A stretch of 63,864 nt of DNA, filler included, from Octopus bimaculoides (Eukaryota): assembly GCF_001194135.2 (NCBI RefSeq). It is 7 parts of 5 records of this genome, joined end to end, with 100 filler letters (N's around TTAATTAATTAA, not from the genome) between each part and the next. Parts side by side here need not be neighbours in the genome. Positions count along the whole stretch, not along the records: positions 25,566 to 32,003 come from NC_068981.1; positions 32,104 to 47,273 come from NC_068997.1; 5 more parts are not named here. One strand, written 5' to 3'. A program made the translations under genes and the position numbers. Positions 25,626-38,868 of this stretch are shown in pieces. Under the pieces are notes generated by a model. It did no database searches, was not told the origin of the DNA, and saw only the letters and a program-made list of their open reading frames with translations. Each line of letters opens with the position of its first letter. Within the stretch, counting starts at the first letter, position 1.

Positions 25626-25846
25626 TGCCAAACCGGCAGGGGGACACTGCTGACCTCCCCTGTTCGAAGGTTGTAAAGGACACAGGTTCGTGTGTCACAT
25701 AGCTAGCTAGAGGCGATGGCTTCTTGGAGCTAATTCACGGCAGCTTTCGTCCTAATTTTGGGACTGCCATGTTGGCTTGGCGATAACTATTAATTTCCAG
25801 TACCGCTGCCGTAGTCTCCTTTAGAGAGACTTAGAAATATTAATAA

Positions 25847-25884
<38 letters not shown>

Positions 25885-26311
25885 AGAGAGAGAGAGAGAC
25901 ATTAGTATTTGTTTTGATGTTAACATAAAAACAATTTTGCATTTAATTGAAGAATTACACAATACTTTAGAGCATAATTTATAATTTTTTAACAATAGTA
26001 TTCACAGTGACTTAAATTTTTCGGCCTCCTAAGCCATCATCCAACTGTGGCAGATTTGCGTTTATTTTGGATTTATATAGTCTCTGCTTAGTTGAAATTT
26101 TCTAAGTTAGGCTGAATTTTGCCGAATGATAATTGGATTGCGTGGTAGGCTGTGATGACAAGTTCTTGTGGGAATTTTTATTCATTAAGTTTGAGGTTGT
26201 GTTACTATTTAGAATTTATACACGCATGTGAAACTTTGTAATCAGATGTGTGTAATTAAGGGTATCATCTTCAGCTGAAAGTGGTTACGTGTAAGCATAA
26301 AAATAGCTCAC

Positions 26312-26370
26312 CGAATATCTTCTCCCATCTGCACCTTCACTATCAAGTACTTCGATATTGCACATAATCA
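26312..26370 (-). CDS. Candidate 59-nt coding exon (xIMCNIEVLDSEGADGRRYS)
   Basis: TGTATTATCAG acceptor (26371-26372) and TCG|GTGAGC donor. Single open frame, phase 1 to phase 0, compatible with the 17409 exon. Confidence 0.45.
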
Positions 26371-27067
26371 CTGATAATACAGATTTACACTAAACACATC
26401 CTGCGGAGTTGATTTCCCCAATTCCTCAATAAAAATTTCCCACAACTATTTTTAAGTGCATGCACATTGCAAACACGCACATATGTATACAAAAATGTGT
26501 TTTAGATAACTTCTTTTTAATTTCCATTTTGCATATTTTATAAGTCCAAATACTGTATTACAAAATGACCGCGTTTGAAACCCGTCGAAAAGAATTATAT
26601 AATATAATCTACAGTTTTCACCTACATAAACACAAAATTTTTAATTTCTATATAGTAAGCAAATATTGTCCAGAACGATGCTCCCCTAGAGACAAATATG
26701 GTGACTAATAACATTTCCACCTAGCTACATTCTCTTGTGATCATTAAAATAGCAGATTAAGCAATTTTCCATATTAATAATACTTTATCATACGTAAGTA
26801 ATAACCAGGAGCATCCCAATACAAATAGTTGCTAGAGCCTAATTAATAATAGCCTGCCAATAAACTAAAACTCAACACCAATTTACATGGTTTTATGAAC
26901 CCTTAAAATGTCCATTACCTAAAGGCTGACATACCCACGAACAATAACTAATTATATAGACTGAGCTCTGAAATTCACAATCTCAACAATAAAGATTAAA
27001 GTACCCCATTAATACTCACATAAAACCAAAAACGAAACGGAGTAACACATCTATAGACCAAACATAC

Positions 27068-27100
27068 ACTTAAGTGTATTCTTTTCTGATCCCCTCTGTC
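27068..27100 (-). CDS. Candidate 33-nt exon (xQRGSEKNTLKx); alternative donor at 27020 gives 81 nt (DRGDQKRIHLSVCLVYRCVTPFRFWFY)
   Basis: GTCATCTTCAG acceptor (27101-27102). Donors AAGT|GTATGT (phase 1 to 1) or TAT|GTGAGT. Confidence 0.25.
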
Positions 27101-27674
27101 CTGAAGATGACAATCGTAGATATACACACCTGTGTACAAATGTCTGCATGCATGAATACATTCTAAACATTCACACATCCCAAATTTAGTCAACAAGTAT
27201 TCTCCATAACACCTTAGCAACACTATCTACCATGTAACCTACTTATCATATAAAATAATTCAGCTTACTGTAGATACACACAGACTATATAAATCCAAAA
27301 TGAACTCAAATGAAACCGGACTAATGAAACAGACTATATGAATCTAAAATGAGCACAAGAGAAACTTCGAAGACGCTGTCAATATTATTCTTAAGAAAAT
27401 AATAAATGTGTATCAACATACACACTATCATGTGTGTGTGTGTGTGTGTTTGAGAGAGAGAGAGGCGGGTGGAGGGAGGGATGGAGAGAGGTAGAAAGCA
27501 CATACGTATATAGACAGATATTTAGATCGACGGTTAAGGATATAGGTAAGTAGGTCAGTCTGTAGGTAGGTAGGTAGGTAGGTAGGTAGATAGGTAGACA
27601 GGTAGGTAAGTTATTAAGAGGGTAGGAAGGCAAAAGAGAGATAAGAATAAACATTGAGATGTGACGGAGTAATA

Positions 27675-28864
27675 TATCAGATTCAGTAAAAAGTAAGCAA
27701 CATTTTGAACCATGAATAATTGGTACAACATTTTTGCAAAGTTTTGAACATTTTCAAAGCATTTTTTTTTTTTTGCAATTGTCTGATAATACAGACATAG
27801 GGTTGCCTAAATGCAACAATGAATTAACATTTATGATTTTTCATTGATGTTATAATCTTCTGAGATGGAACTGTCAAAGAGCGATATTCGAGCAATTTTG
27901 CTATTCAACTTCAGAAAATGACGTAAATGAGCTGAATACGTCTCGCGATATCAACGAAGCGATTGTTGAGGAAATGTTCAATGTATGGTTAGCTTGAAAA
28001 TTGTTTAAATGCTTGGACCGCCATCTGTCATCGATGACGGTCAATTGAAGACCGTCATTGAGAAAGATCCACCTAAACCCAATCGAGAGCTGACAAAAGA
28101 ACTTCAAGTTAGCCAGAAGCTCCCTGCAACCATTTGCATGCGATTGGAAAAAAGGAAACTGAAAATCAGAACATGCACATATATGAAATTTGCTCGTCGC
28201 TTCTTCTCCGTAAACAGAGCAATCCGTTTCTCGATCGTATTATGATTTTCGATGAAATGGGGAGTCTGTACAACAATAAAAAAAAAAGTTCTTCACAATG
28301 GTTGGAACAAAATGAAGCATCAAAAACCTTCCCTAAACACGAACTCTTCAAAAAGAAGGTTACTGTTGGACTCATCCACTATAACTTCTTAAAACCCAGA
28401 GAAATCATTACTGCAGAACATATTCCCATGAAATTGCTAAAATGAACGGAAAACTGCTACTCCTCCGTCCCAGACTAGTCACCAGAACAGAGTCAATCAT
28501 TCTTAATTGCAATGCTCGACCACACGTTTCACTAATGACACTCCAGAAATTGAAGGAACTTGACTACGAAGTTCTTCCCTACTCAACTTATTCGCCGATT
28601 GCCACTTTTTCAAGCACGTTAATGGTTTCCTGCGAGAGAAGAGTTAACAAATCAAACCGATGCTGAAAGTGCGTTCAAAGAGTCCATGTCCTCCAGAACA
28701 CCAGATTTTTATGTTACCGAAATATACATATTTGTAACTCGTTGGCAAAACAAATGTTGATTGTAATGATACCTCCTTTGATGAATAAAATTTCCGCATT
28801 GTTGAAATATATTGTGGTGGATTTCATGTTTCAAAACGTTGCTTCCTTTTTACTCAGCCTGATA
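27675..28864 (+). mobile_element. Decayed mariner transposon (~1.19 kb) with TIRs and a frameshifted transposase
   Basis: TIRs TATCAGATTCAGTAAAAAGTAAGCAACATTTTGAA and its near reverse complement at about 28830-28864. ATG at 27865 (MELSKSDIRAILLFNF), then FLDRIMIFDE..LYNN..SQWLEQNE..FPK..GLIHYNFLKP..ITAE, and YSPI. Confidence 0.9.
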
Positions 28865-29059
28865 ATATGAAGTTTAAAAACGTCTAACATGATCTATTGC
28901 AACAGGTTGCTTTTATATTTTATAACAGTCTGATCAATGTAACTTGTAACGGAAGTGGTGTATAAGCCATTTTTTTCCTAATGCGTCAATTCTCCTTTGT
29001 TACTGAAAATTATGACCAGAAGCCTATTTTAGCTGTAATTCCCTACCGAGCGTGTAACA

Positions 29060-29700
29060 TAGATAACTTAGATAACTCAGATTCCTATGGCCATCATCGG
29101 CCCAGGCTATGGAGAGGTTTATTAAGTCCGGCTTCGGGATACCAGTATTCATTTGAGCACAGATTTGTTGTAGGCTGAGACATATCCAGGTGTTGGTGAT
29201 TTGTTTGGTACTTCTTGGAGGAATCTGCCGTAGTATTGTTTGAATGTTTTGAGCTTCTACTTTGATGTATTTCAGGTAAACATTTTAATAAAGCCGGCCC
29301 ATTCATTTGAGCACAGATTTGTTGTAGGCTGAGACATATCCAGGTGTTGGCGATTTGTTTGGTACTTCTTGGAGGAATCTGCCGTAGTATTGTTTGAATG
29401 TTTTGAGCTTCTACTTTGATTTATTTCAGGTAAACATTTTAATAAAGCCGGCCCACTTCAGGTTAAAAGGTTGTGTCACAACGCTTTTATATGGTGTGAA
29501 CTTGAGTTTTGTAGGCAAGGCAAGGGCCCTAGCCTCGATACCAGCATTGTTTGGATAATATTAGTGGAATATTCTCCACATCATACAAATATTACAGCAC
29601 TCACAGTGGTGTAGGAGAGCCTAGATTTTCAGCGTTTTAAGGTGATCCCAATAATCAAGGCCTGTCATTCTTTCTGACATTGATGTAGACTTTAATCCTC
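29060..29700 (-). mobile_element. Decayed CR1-clade LINE 3' end containing a 154-bp tandem duplication (29147-29454)
   Basis: Minus translation GLDYWDHLKTLKI..MWRIFH..PNNAGI..GPALLKCLP..FLQEVPNKSPTPGYV resembles the C-terminus of the 61.4-62.5 kb LINE. Confidence 0.7.
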
Positions 29701-31941
29701 ATTTTATATTTAATTATGTAAGGGGGGGGGACACAATGTGCAGTAGTATTCGAAGTGAGACCTTGAAAACTTAGAGAGGAAAACGATGATGCTTTTATAA
29801 TTTCTTGACCGAAAAGTTATGAGTATTCATGAGCACATTTTGCGGGTCATATCGACACTAAGTTGTCAGATATTTAATATGGTGGCTGCTTGAATATGTC
29901 ATCTTTTCCACAGTGGATGTGTTCAAATTTTGTCTCGTTCAGCTGCATACTTTTTTGCGCCAACTGAATCACTGCGTATAGATTTCATTGAAGTTTCATT
30001 TGATCAGAAACTCCCTTGATGACTTTCTGAAGCTTAGAGTCACTGCAAACACTTTTATGACGCTATTTTTGATGGAATCTGTAGTATCATTCTAGTGTTT
30101 TGCATAAATAACACCAACAACGATAAAAATATATACACTACATATTACATAAAAGACTAATAACAATAAACATTTGTAGATAACTCTGTAACAAGATTCA
30201 GCTTGACCGATCACTACACGACATATTAAATTGGTGATTTATATATTCTGATATTCGAATTAAACCCACAGAAAACCGTTTAACAGTTAGTTCTTTTGAT
30301 GTAAGAAAAGCATTTTAAAGTATTTATATGCATTGAAAATATTTCTTTACTTTTTCAACTGGAAAACATTTAAGAGAAATACTCAGTAGCTTAAATAGTT
30401 TTGAAATCCCCCTATACATCCAACTCCTGTTTGAAATATACCATTTCTATGTATATTTTATTCTTTCTTGAGTAAACCACATCCAAAACAGTTCATTTAA
30501 TATTGTACGTATTCTCGTGACCAAGATAAGAGAAATTTACCTGTTTACCTTAGACCAACTTTTATATCATAATTTCAAAGAAACACTCCGAGGCTGTATT
30601 ACAAGATCTAAGCAAAATTGATCTATTCAATTAAGAAAGTGGTTTTAGTAATACGTGCGAATTTCATTCTAAAGAAAACTCAAATTGAGTTTGTACTTCG
30701 TTTGCAAAAATACTTTGTGCAGGGAATCGTTTTGGATACAAGACTGATAAGTCGATATATTTATGCCATAATATTAGTAGTAGGGTATTTGGATATTCAG
30801 TAAGTGAAAACAAGCTTAAGCTCCATCTAAATGATTTGATTTTACTACTGTCAGAAAACCTAAATTTTCAATTTCATCGCCTAAACCTCATATTCTAACG
30901 CTACATTGTAGTCGTATTCTCAACATGTCTACTGCTGTGTATCGTTTCATATACACATCTAAGTAATATTTATCTCATGGATGTAATTATTTCCTTCATG
31001 TTAAGAGGTCTAGCAATGTATATTTGAGCCACCGGATGAAAATGCTGTAAATTCGCAACATATTTGAAACGTGACGTGTCCTTTTCTGCGTTGGAAAGGA
31101 TGAAACTGAATTAAAAGGCGGAAATGTCATAATAATGTTACACATGTTTCCTTAAGTAGGGATTTTGTTCGCAATCTTGTAGTTTATATTTATATTCTGA
31201 CATTTCCCGGAAATAATTTACCGAAGTTTAATTAAAAATGACCACATATAGAGTTCGCGGTTAATATCAAAGACGAAAAATGACACCATAAAGTAGAATT
31301 AAAACCATTTCTTTCTCTTTTACAGGAATATATCATGCTGTAAAACAATTACCATTACTACTACGAAGATGATGATGAAAACGTATATATTTCAAGTTAA
31401 TGTCATTTGACTTTGTTACATTCACTTCTTAATAATTTATAGCTAGACTTCAAAATTTTTTTTTTTAGATTAGAATAGGAACAATAAAAGAATTCTTTTG
31501 CCGTAGTCACTATTTAATTGATATTGTTATGTCCAAGCATAACATCTTTGGATATATAGATCACATTCCCTTATAAGATGAAAAGTATCTAAAGGCATGA
31601 ACCTCAAAATGAGCAATACAAACAGTAAATAGCGATTATTTTAGATTTAGATCGAAATGAAAATCCTTTCTGGTGTTGATAATTTTGAAAAGTGAATCAC
31701 GTGCTCCAGCTGTTCAACAAATAAAAAAAGATTATTCAGTCACCGAGATGTTAGCAACAAACGACAAAAAAAAAACAGGAAAAAATTGAAAGGGTGACTA
31801 TTATCATCTTAATGACCACAACCACGGAAAAGAAACCCAAATATTTATCCAATGCTTATTCAATGAGATCAAGTAGCATTAATAATAATGATGATGCTAA
31901 TAATTTTATATACACACACACACACACACGCACACACACAC

Positions 31942-32003
<62 letters not shown>

Positions 32004-32211
32004 NNNNNNNNNNNNNNNNNNNNNNNNNNNNNNNNNNNNNNNNNNNNTTAATTAATTAANNNNNNNNNNNNNNNNNNNNNNNNNNNNNNNNNNNNNNNNN
32101 NNNCCAATTCAAAATGAAAACTTGGTTCAAATGCTTGCAGTAGGATGAAATATACCGAAGATTAAGACGGTGGTGTCAACTACATCAGAAAATTGAGCAG
32201 GGCAAGGGGCA

Positions 32212-32668
32212 ATGCATAAGTGGGCTGGCTACACCCCTGGCAGAGGTCTCGGATTATGGTCTCACTTGGCTTGCTGGGTCTTCTCATGCACGGCATATTT
32301 CCAAAGGGCTCGGTCACTAGTCATTGCCTCGGTGAAGCCTAATGTTCGAAGGTTGTGCCTCACCACCTCATCCCAGGTCTTCCTGAGTCTACCTCTTCCA
32401 CAGGTTCCCTCAACCGCTAGGGTGTGGCACTTTTGCACACAGCTATCCTCATCCATTCTCGCCACATGACCATATCAGCGCAATCATCTCTCTCGCACAT
32501 CACAACTAATGCTTGTTAGGGTCAACTTTTCTCTCAAGGCACTTACACTCTGTCGTGTATGCACACTGACATTACTCATCCATCGGAGCATACTGGCATC
32601 ATTCCTTGCGAGCTTACGCATGTCCTCAGCAGTCATGGCCCATGTTTCACTGTCATGTAGCATGGCTG
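32212..32668 (-). mobile_element. RTE LINE ORF C-terminal segment (inverted relative to the adjacent 5' segment)
   Basis: CVRTAMLHDSETWAMTAEDMRKLARNDASMLRWM..YGHVARMDEDSCVQKC..GRGRLRKTWDEVV. Confidence 0.9.
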
Positions 32669-34103
32669 TTCATACACCATGGCGTACATGGAGGCTATGG
32701 TTTTGGTTCCTGCAATGAGGTGGGAACCAGGCTGCTGGAGTTCTGTGATGCAAATGACCTTATGGTTTGCAATACTAACTTCAGGAAACCTGCCAGTCAC
32801 CTAATCACCTACCGTTCTGGCAGACACACTAGCCAAATTGACAACATCCTCGCCAGGAAAAGGGAAAGATGGCTGCTTATAAATGCCAAAACCTTCCCAG
32901 GCGAAGAATGTACCCCACAACATAGACTAGTAGTTAGTGACTTCAGAATCAGGGCTAAGTGGTTGCTCCAAAAACGACCAGCATGGAGGAGAAGGGTCTG
33001 GAAGCCTAAAGATCCTGTCAATAGACAAAGATTTAGAGACTTATTACTCAAAGCCTTTGACGAAATAGAAGGGGATATAGCTTCACACGATGTAGAAGAC
33101 AACTGGAGGTTTCTACGGGACAACCTGCTGACGGCCACTGACCAGATCTATGGATGGTGCAAAGTCCCCTCTCGACCCAAAATAACGTGGTGGTGGTGGA
33201 ACAATGTTGTAGACAGGGCTATTAGACAAAAGAAACAGGCTTGGAAGGACTGGAAGAACGGTGGTAGCAGGGAATTGTATTAGACTGCCAGAAGGGAAGC
33301 TAAGCGACAGGTTTATTNNNNNNNNNNNNNNNNNNNNNNNNNNNNNNNNNNNNNNNNNNNNNNNNNNNNNNNNCTGCGCTGTGAGGACCAAAGACATGAG
33401 GTATTTCGTGTTGCAAGACAGTGTGTGAGAGAGAATCGTGATGTCATGGGAAAGAAATGTGTTTGCATGGATGATGGTTCACTTGCACTAAACAAGGCTG
33501 CTAAGAAAGAGGTTTGAAGACGCCACTATGAAAGATTGCTCAATAAAGAGAATGAATGGGAGAAAGAGAGTCTGCCGAATGTCGACCCAACTGAGGAACC
33601 AGCTATCCGAGTTGACAGTACCATGGTAGATAAAGCAATTAAGAGTATGAAGACAGGGAAAGCCCCCGGCCCATCAGGAATCACCGCAGAGATGCTCAAA
33701 ATATCTGGCAGTGTCGGTTATAGCTTAGTCACCTGTATTGTTAACCAGGTGATAGACGAAGGAATCATACCCAATGACTGGTGTAGCAGCATCATAATCA
33801 ACTGCTACAAAGGTAAAGGTGACGCTTTAGATACAAATAATTACAGAGGTATCAAGATGCTGGATCAGGTAATGAAAGTCACGGAGAGGGTCATAGCCCA
33901 ACTAATTAGGGAGAGAGTCAGTTTAGATGAGATGCAGTTTGGGTTTGTGCCAGGGTAAAGCACCACTGATGCTATATTCCTGGTAAGACAGCTGCAGGAG
34001 AAATACCTAGCCAAAGATAAACCTCTGTACCTGGCTTTCGTTGACATGGAGAAAGCCTTTGACAGGGTCCCCTGATCCCTTATCTGGTGGTCAATGAGGA
34101 AAC
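32669..34103 (+). mobile_element. RTE LINE: AP-endonuclease C-terminal half, linker and RT N-terminus (pseudogenised)
   Basis: HGGYGFGSCNEVGTRLLEFC..NTNFRKP..TYRSG..SQIDNIL..PQHRLVVSDF, then KAPGPSGI..YKGKGDALD..NYRGIKML..QFGFVPG..TTDAIF..FVDMEKAFDRVP. Contains stops. Confidence 0.95.
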
Positions 34104-34955
34104 NNNNNNNNNNNNNNNNNNNNNNNNNNNNNNNNNNNNNNNNNNNNNNNNNNNNNNNNNNNNNNNNNNNNNNNNNNNNNNNNNNNNNNNNNNNNNNNNN
34201 NNNNNNNNNNNNNNNNNNNNNNNNNNNNNNNNNNNNNNNNNNNNNNNNNNNNNNNNNNNNNNNNNNNNNNNNNNNNNNNNNNNNNNNNNNNNNNNNNNNN
34301 NNNNNNNNNNNNNNNNNNNNNNNNNNNNNNNNNNNNNNNNNNNNNNNNNNNNNNNNNNNNNNNNNNNNNNNNNNNNNNNNNNNNNNNNNNNNNNNNNNNN
34401 NNNNNNNNNNNNNNNNNNNNNNNNNNNNNNNNNNNNNNNNNNNNNNNNNNNNNNNNNNNNNNNNNNNNNNNNNNNNNNNNNNNNNNNNNNNNNNNNNNNN
34501 NNNNNNNNNNNNNNNNNNNNNNNNNNNNNNNNNNNNNNNNNNNNNNNNNNNNNNNNNNNNNNNNNNNNNNNNNNNNNNNNNNNNNNNNNNNNNNNNNNNN
34601 NNNNNNNNNNNNNNNNNNNNNNNNNNNNNNNNNNNNNNNTATATATATATATATATATATATATATTGCCATGGCGGACCGCTGAAATCCACAAGTGTTT
34701 TTCTATTTATTTTCTTTTATTCCTTTCTGTTGAGGAGTGTAGGCTTGAAACATTAAAGACTTTTTCATTTTCCCGAGCATCAAACTAATACACTTGCTTG
34801 TTGTTCATACACCTGTCTTTATCTTTTGTCTTTCTATAAATTTCAACTATATATACGTGTGTGCATATATATATACATATATACAAGAGAGAGTCAGACA
34901 TCTAGATATATAGAGACAAATAGACAAATATATTGATATGCATACATATGATGAT

Positions 34956-34986
<31 letters not shown>

Positions 34987-35077
34987 TAAGATATATATGT
35001 ATAAACAGTGAGACAGGCAGAGAGAGAAAGAGAGAGGAAATATGATAGAAATGAAGAGGCTTTAAAACAAGCACCAA

Positions 35078-35135
<58 letters not shown>

Positions 35136-35360
35136 CCAACTGGCATTACTCAATCACCAACAAAGAGTGAGAAAAATAGATGATAGGATATGTTATATAG
35201 ATGAGAGGAAGGAAAGTGATTAGTCATAACTTGTTTGGTAGGAAATCGAAGATTTCATCTCTTAGCTTCCCATTTGAAATATGATCGAAAAACCTGCCAA
35301 CAGATGAATCATTTTTAAAATAAAATCCTAAAGTGTTTTTTTTTTTTTTTTAAGATACAC

Positions 35361-35398
<38 letters not shown>

Positions 35399-37216
35399 AG
35401 TTGTTTAAAATGGCATTAAGAAGGAACTGTAGTTCTGAATCTCTCCATCTCAACATAAATACATATTTTGTTGAAGCTGACTTTGCCACTACTTCAATTT
35501 TCCCGCTTGTATAGCAGCAACAGCAGATGAGAAAGTCAAGTCAGCAGCAGAGGGAGTCAATTTTCAAACAATGATATAAACTCTACTCATTGTTTCAAGT
35601 ATTTCTGTGCAGACATAAATTTATCGAAACATAAGCAGAAGGCACAGACATGCTGCCTCACAAAGTCTCACTCCACTCATGCCAGCATGAAAAAAGGAAA
35701 AAAAAACAAAAAAAACAGACACTGAACAAACTAACAAGCCAGACAGTATAGAAACAGATGAGATGAGGAATATAATCATAAAATGGCAGCAAAAAGGAAA
35801 TATTTATCTGAAGTTTGTAACCAAGACAGAAAGGACATATTTTTAAAAATTTGAGAAGAAACATGGAATAAAAACGGATGGTATTCTGCCAAGAATAGCA
35901 ACACTACAACCATACAGCAGAAACAGAAAATAGATCAATTCTTAAGAAAGAAACATACATAATAAATGGCACCAATAAGTACAAAACATGACAACATGAT
36001 TGTTAGCTGTATGCAATCCAAGTTCAAGAAGTTTAAGTATGAAACAGGCAGGTAGTGGACAAACATCAAATGATAACACAGGCAGAATCAGCAGAATTAA
36101 TACTGATAACAATAGCTACAGAATTACGGTAAAGTGTTAAAGAACATGAACTTAAATCTCCAGATGATATTTCTGTTTATATAACAAGTGCTTTTTCCTA
36201 CAGAAAAAGCACTGAAATGTAACAACTTGTGGCTGAAGAATTTATGGTTTCTATCCTGTTACAAGTGGATATAACATGTGAATGGCTAAAACACTTGGCA
36301 CTTATTGATTCATTCATTTCTACTTGCAATAAGCACCATAAGTAGGTACAACCCATTGTTGTAAACAACTGCAACAATATATAATGACTTTTCAGCTTTT
36401 ATATAGTGTTGAATTTGTGTTGTACGAGTCTGAAGCCTGACAGGGGCACATTTTGCTGTAGCTTTGTTTTATAATTAAATCAAAGTAGACCTGACAGAAA
36501 TTACTGTTGTAAGAGACATGAGAGAGGCTACCAGTGGATCGAATGAGACACAATAAAGGTGACCATTATGTTGAAATGGACATAACACAGATATAACCAT
36601 CATGGTGAAATGGGCAGGACACAAATTACCATTATGTGAAACTCAATGAAAATTACTGTAACTATGTTGAAAGAGACATGGTATAAATGAAATTACAATG
36701 AAATCCAGAAAAAGAAGAAGCCCCTCATCAGCAAAGAGAACAAGGAAGTCCCAACAAAGTTGCTCAAATTGCTAGAGACAGCAGCCAAATTCCCTGAAGT
36801 CACATCTTACTGTCTTTAAAGAAGATAACCAAGAATGCTTCTGGTCAAATTATCCAGGAGCTAAACCATCTCAAAGACAATGATGAGCCGAAAAAGCAAC
36901 AGTAATCTTTGAACTTAAAACCAGAAATAAACCGAATCTCGTTATCTGCTCTGCTGTGGAAATCAGCAAAGTCTGCTGCTATCGGCATTATCAGAACAGT
37001 TTATGGAGCACTTAAGAGTTTACAGTACTTATAACCGAAATTACATATTTGGTTTTATTTCCTTGTCATTATTTGAGCAACAGGTCATGTACAAACACAG
37101 TTGAATGTAGGTTGAAAGACAGGAGAGACAAACAAAAGCAGACAGACAGACAGACATAGTGTGCTTGCATGCGTTTGAGCGCAGAAAAGAGAGAGAGAGA
37201 GAGAGAAAGAGAGAGC

Positions 37217-37266
<50 letters not shown>

Positions 37267-38089
37267 AAGCGATTTTATAATGAGTACCATAGCAGGGTCA
37301 ATAAATTACAGGCAAAACTTTTGTGAGGTTTAAAGAGTGGATTTGGGGAGACGAGCAATTGGAAAACTCCACACATTTTCCTTGCTATTGGTCTAACTTT
37401 CCCACAAACAGATAATCCATTAGTAACCAGGAACACAGTAGAAGTATATAGATATGCACAATAAACTACAGTAAACTCGTTCATATATTTACAAACAGGT
37501 TTACGAAAGAGAGGGAGAGAGAGATCTGACACAATTCTTTTTTTATTCATTATTTATAATATTATTGTCTGATTAAAAGAAAGCGAGTGACCGAAAGAAA
37601 AAGAATGGAAAAAAAAGTGGTACATTACATATATATTTAGGACAGTAAAGAATGTATTCCTGCACAGGACAGATTCGTCAAGGACATGGCATTTCTTTCT
37701 AATGCTGCTACCATGATAAAATGTACCAAGTACACTCTGTGAAGTGGATGGTGTTAGAAAGGGCATCCAGCTATAGAAAGCATGCAAAAACTTGAAGCTT
37801 CAATAAAGATATGGTCCTCCAGCCCATCTAGAAGAAATAACCCATATCCAATCCATACCAGCAGGGAAAGCAGAAATGAAGCAACAAGAGGGGGATGGGG
37901 GCTTAGCCATATCATTAAGAATTTCACTTCAAGGGCCACATGGCTCAAGATTCAATACTTTGTGGATGGTTTCATCTATTACATCTGCAGTTTGACTCAC
38001 ACCTTGGGAGTGAAACTGGTAGGTGTATGCATGTATGTGTTTATTTGTGTGTGTGGCTATATATATGTGTGTGTGTGTGGTAAAGACCC

Positions 38090-38410
38090 CAGCCCCCTTC
38101 AGTCATGAATGACCATGAGATTGTACCTAGAAAGTTCCCCTCCGAGGTACATGTCCAGGTAAGATTGTTTCATGGAAGACCAGCTTCCCCTCACACTCCA
38201 CATCACCAATGTCGTCCAAGGGAGAGCCAAAGGCTCATACAACTTGGCACCAGTAATGTTGCAACTCATTTCTACAGCTGGGGGGACTGGAGTAACGTGA
38301 AAATAAAGTGTCTTGCTCAAGAACACAACACACAGCCCGGTCCAGGAATCAAACTCATTACCTCATGGCTGTGAGCCTGATACTCTAACCACTGAGCCAT
38401 GTGCCTTCAC
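38090..38410 (-). mobile_element. tRNA-headed SINE family D
   Basis: Reverse complement is colinear with 57150-57468. Confidence 0.75.
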
Positions 38411-38868
38411 TGAGTGCAAAATGGAAATTTTGGCAATTGCTGACTGAAGTGTTTCCCTTTCACTTCTGACTGAATGACAAAAGTTCAAGTGAAGCACTAA
38501 ACTCAAAAAAGTGTCCTCGTCTTCAATAGGTTCTGGAAACAATAACTGAATTTCAACAAACCAATGGCAGTCATTCATCCTGCAAAAAATAGCAACCACA
38601 TCTCTCTCAAATCACACCCTACCTATGGTGTTAAAGATAATTAAAAGAAATGGGAAAATACATCAGAAAATGAAATCTTAAAACACACAAGATCAATAAA
38701 AGATGAAGTGGACCTAGCTGGGACGTTTCTGATTATAAGTGTGTCCGATCAGAGATGACCTGGAGCTGAACCACTGATGAAATCTTTCCAAGCATGTGCT
38801 CAACCTACAAGAAACAACAGTCGAATCTCCCTCAAATCACACACAATTATATTAAATGAAGAATACAC

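Noticed and set aside
38430-38810. Apparent minus-strand acceptors (TTTTTTGCAG, TTTCTTGTAG)
   Set aside because: Part of a recurring repeat word (GTGTGATTTGAG.GAGAT.TGG.TGCT.TTT..AGCAGG) seen several times in the window.
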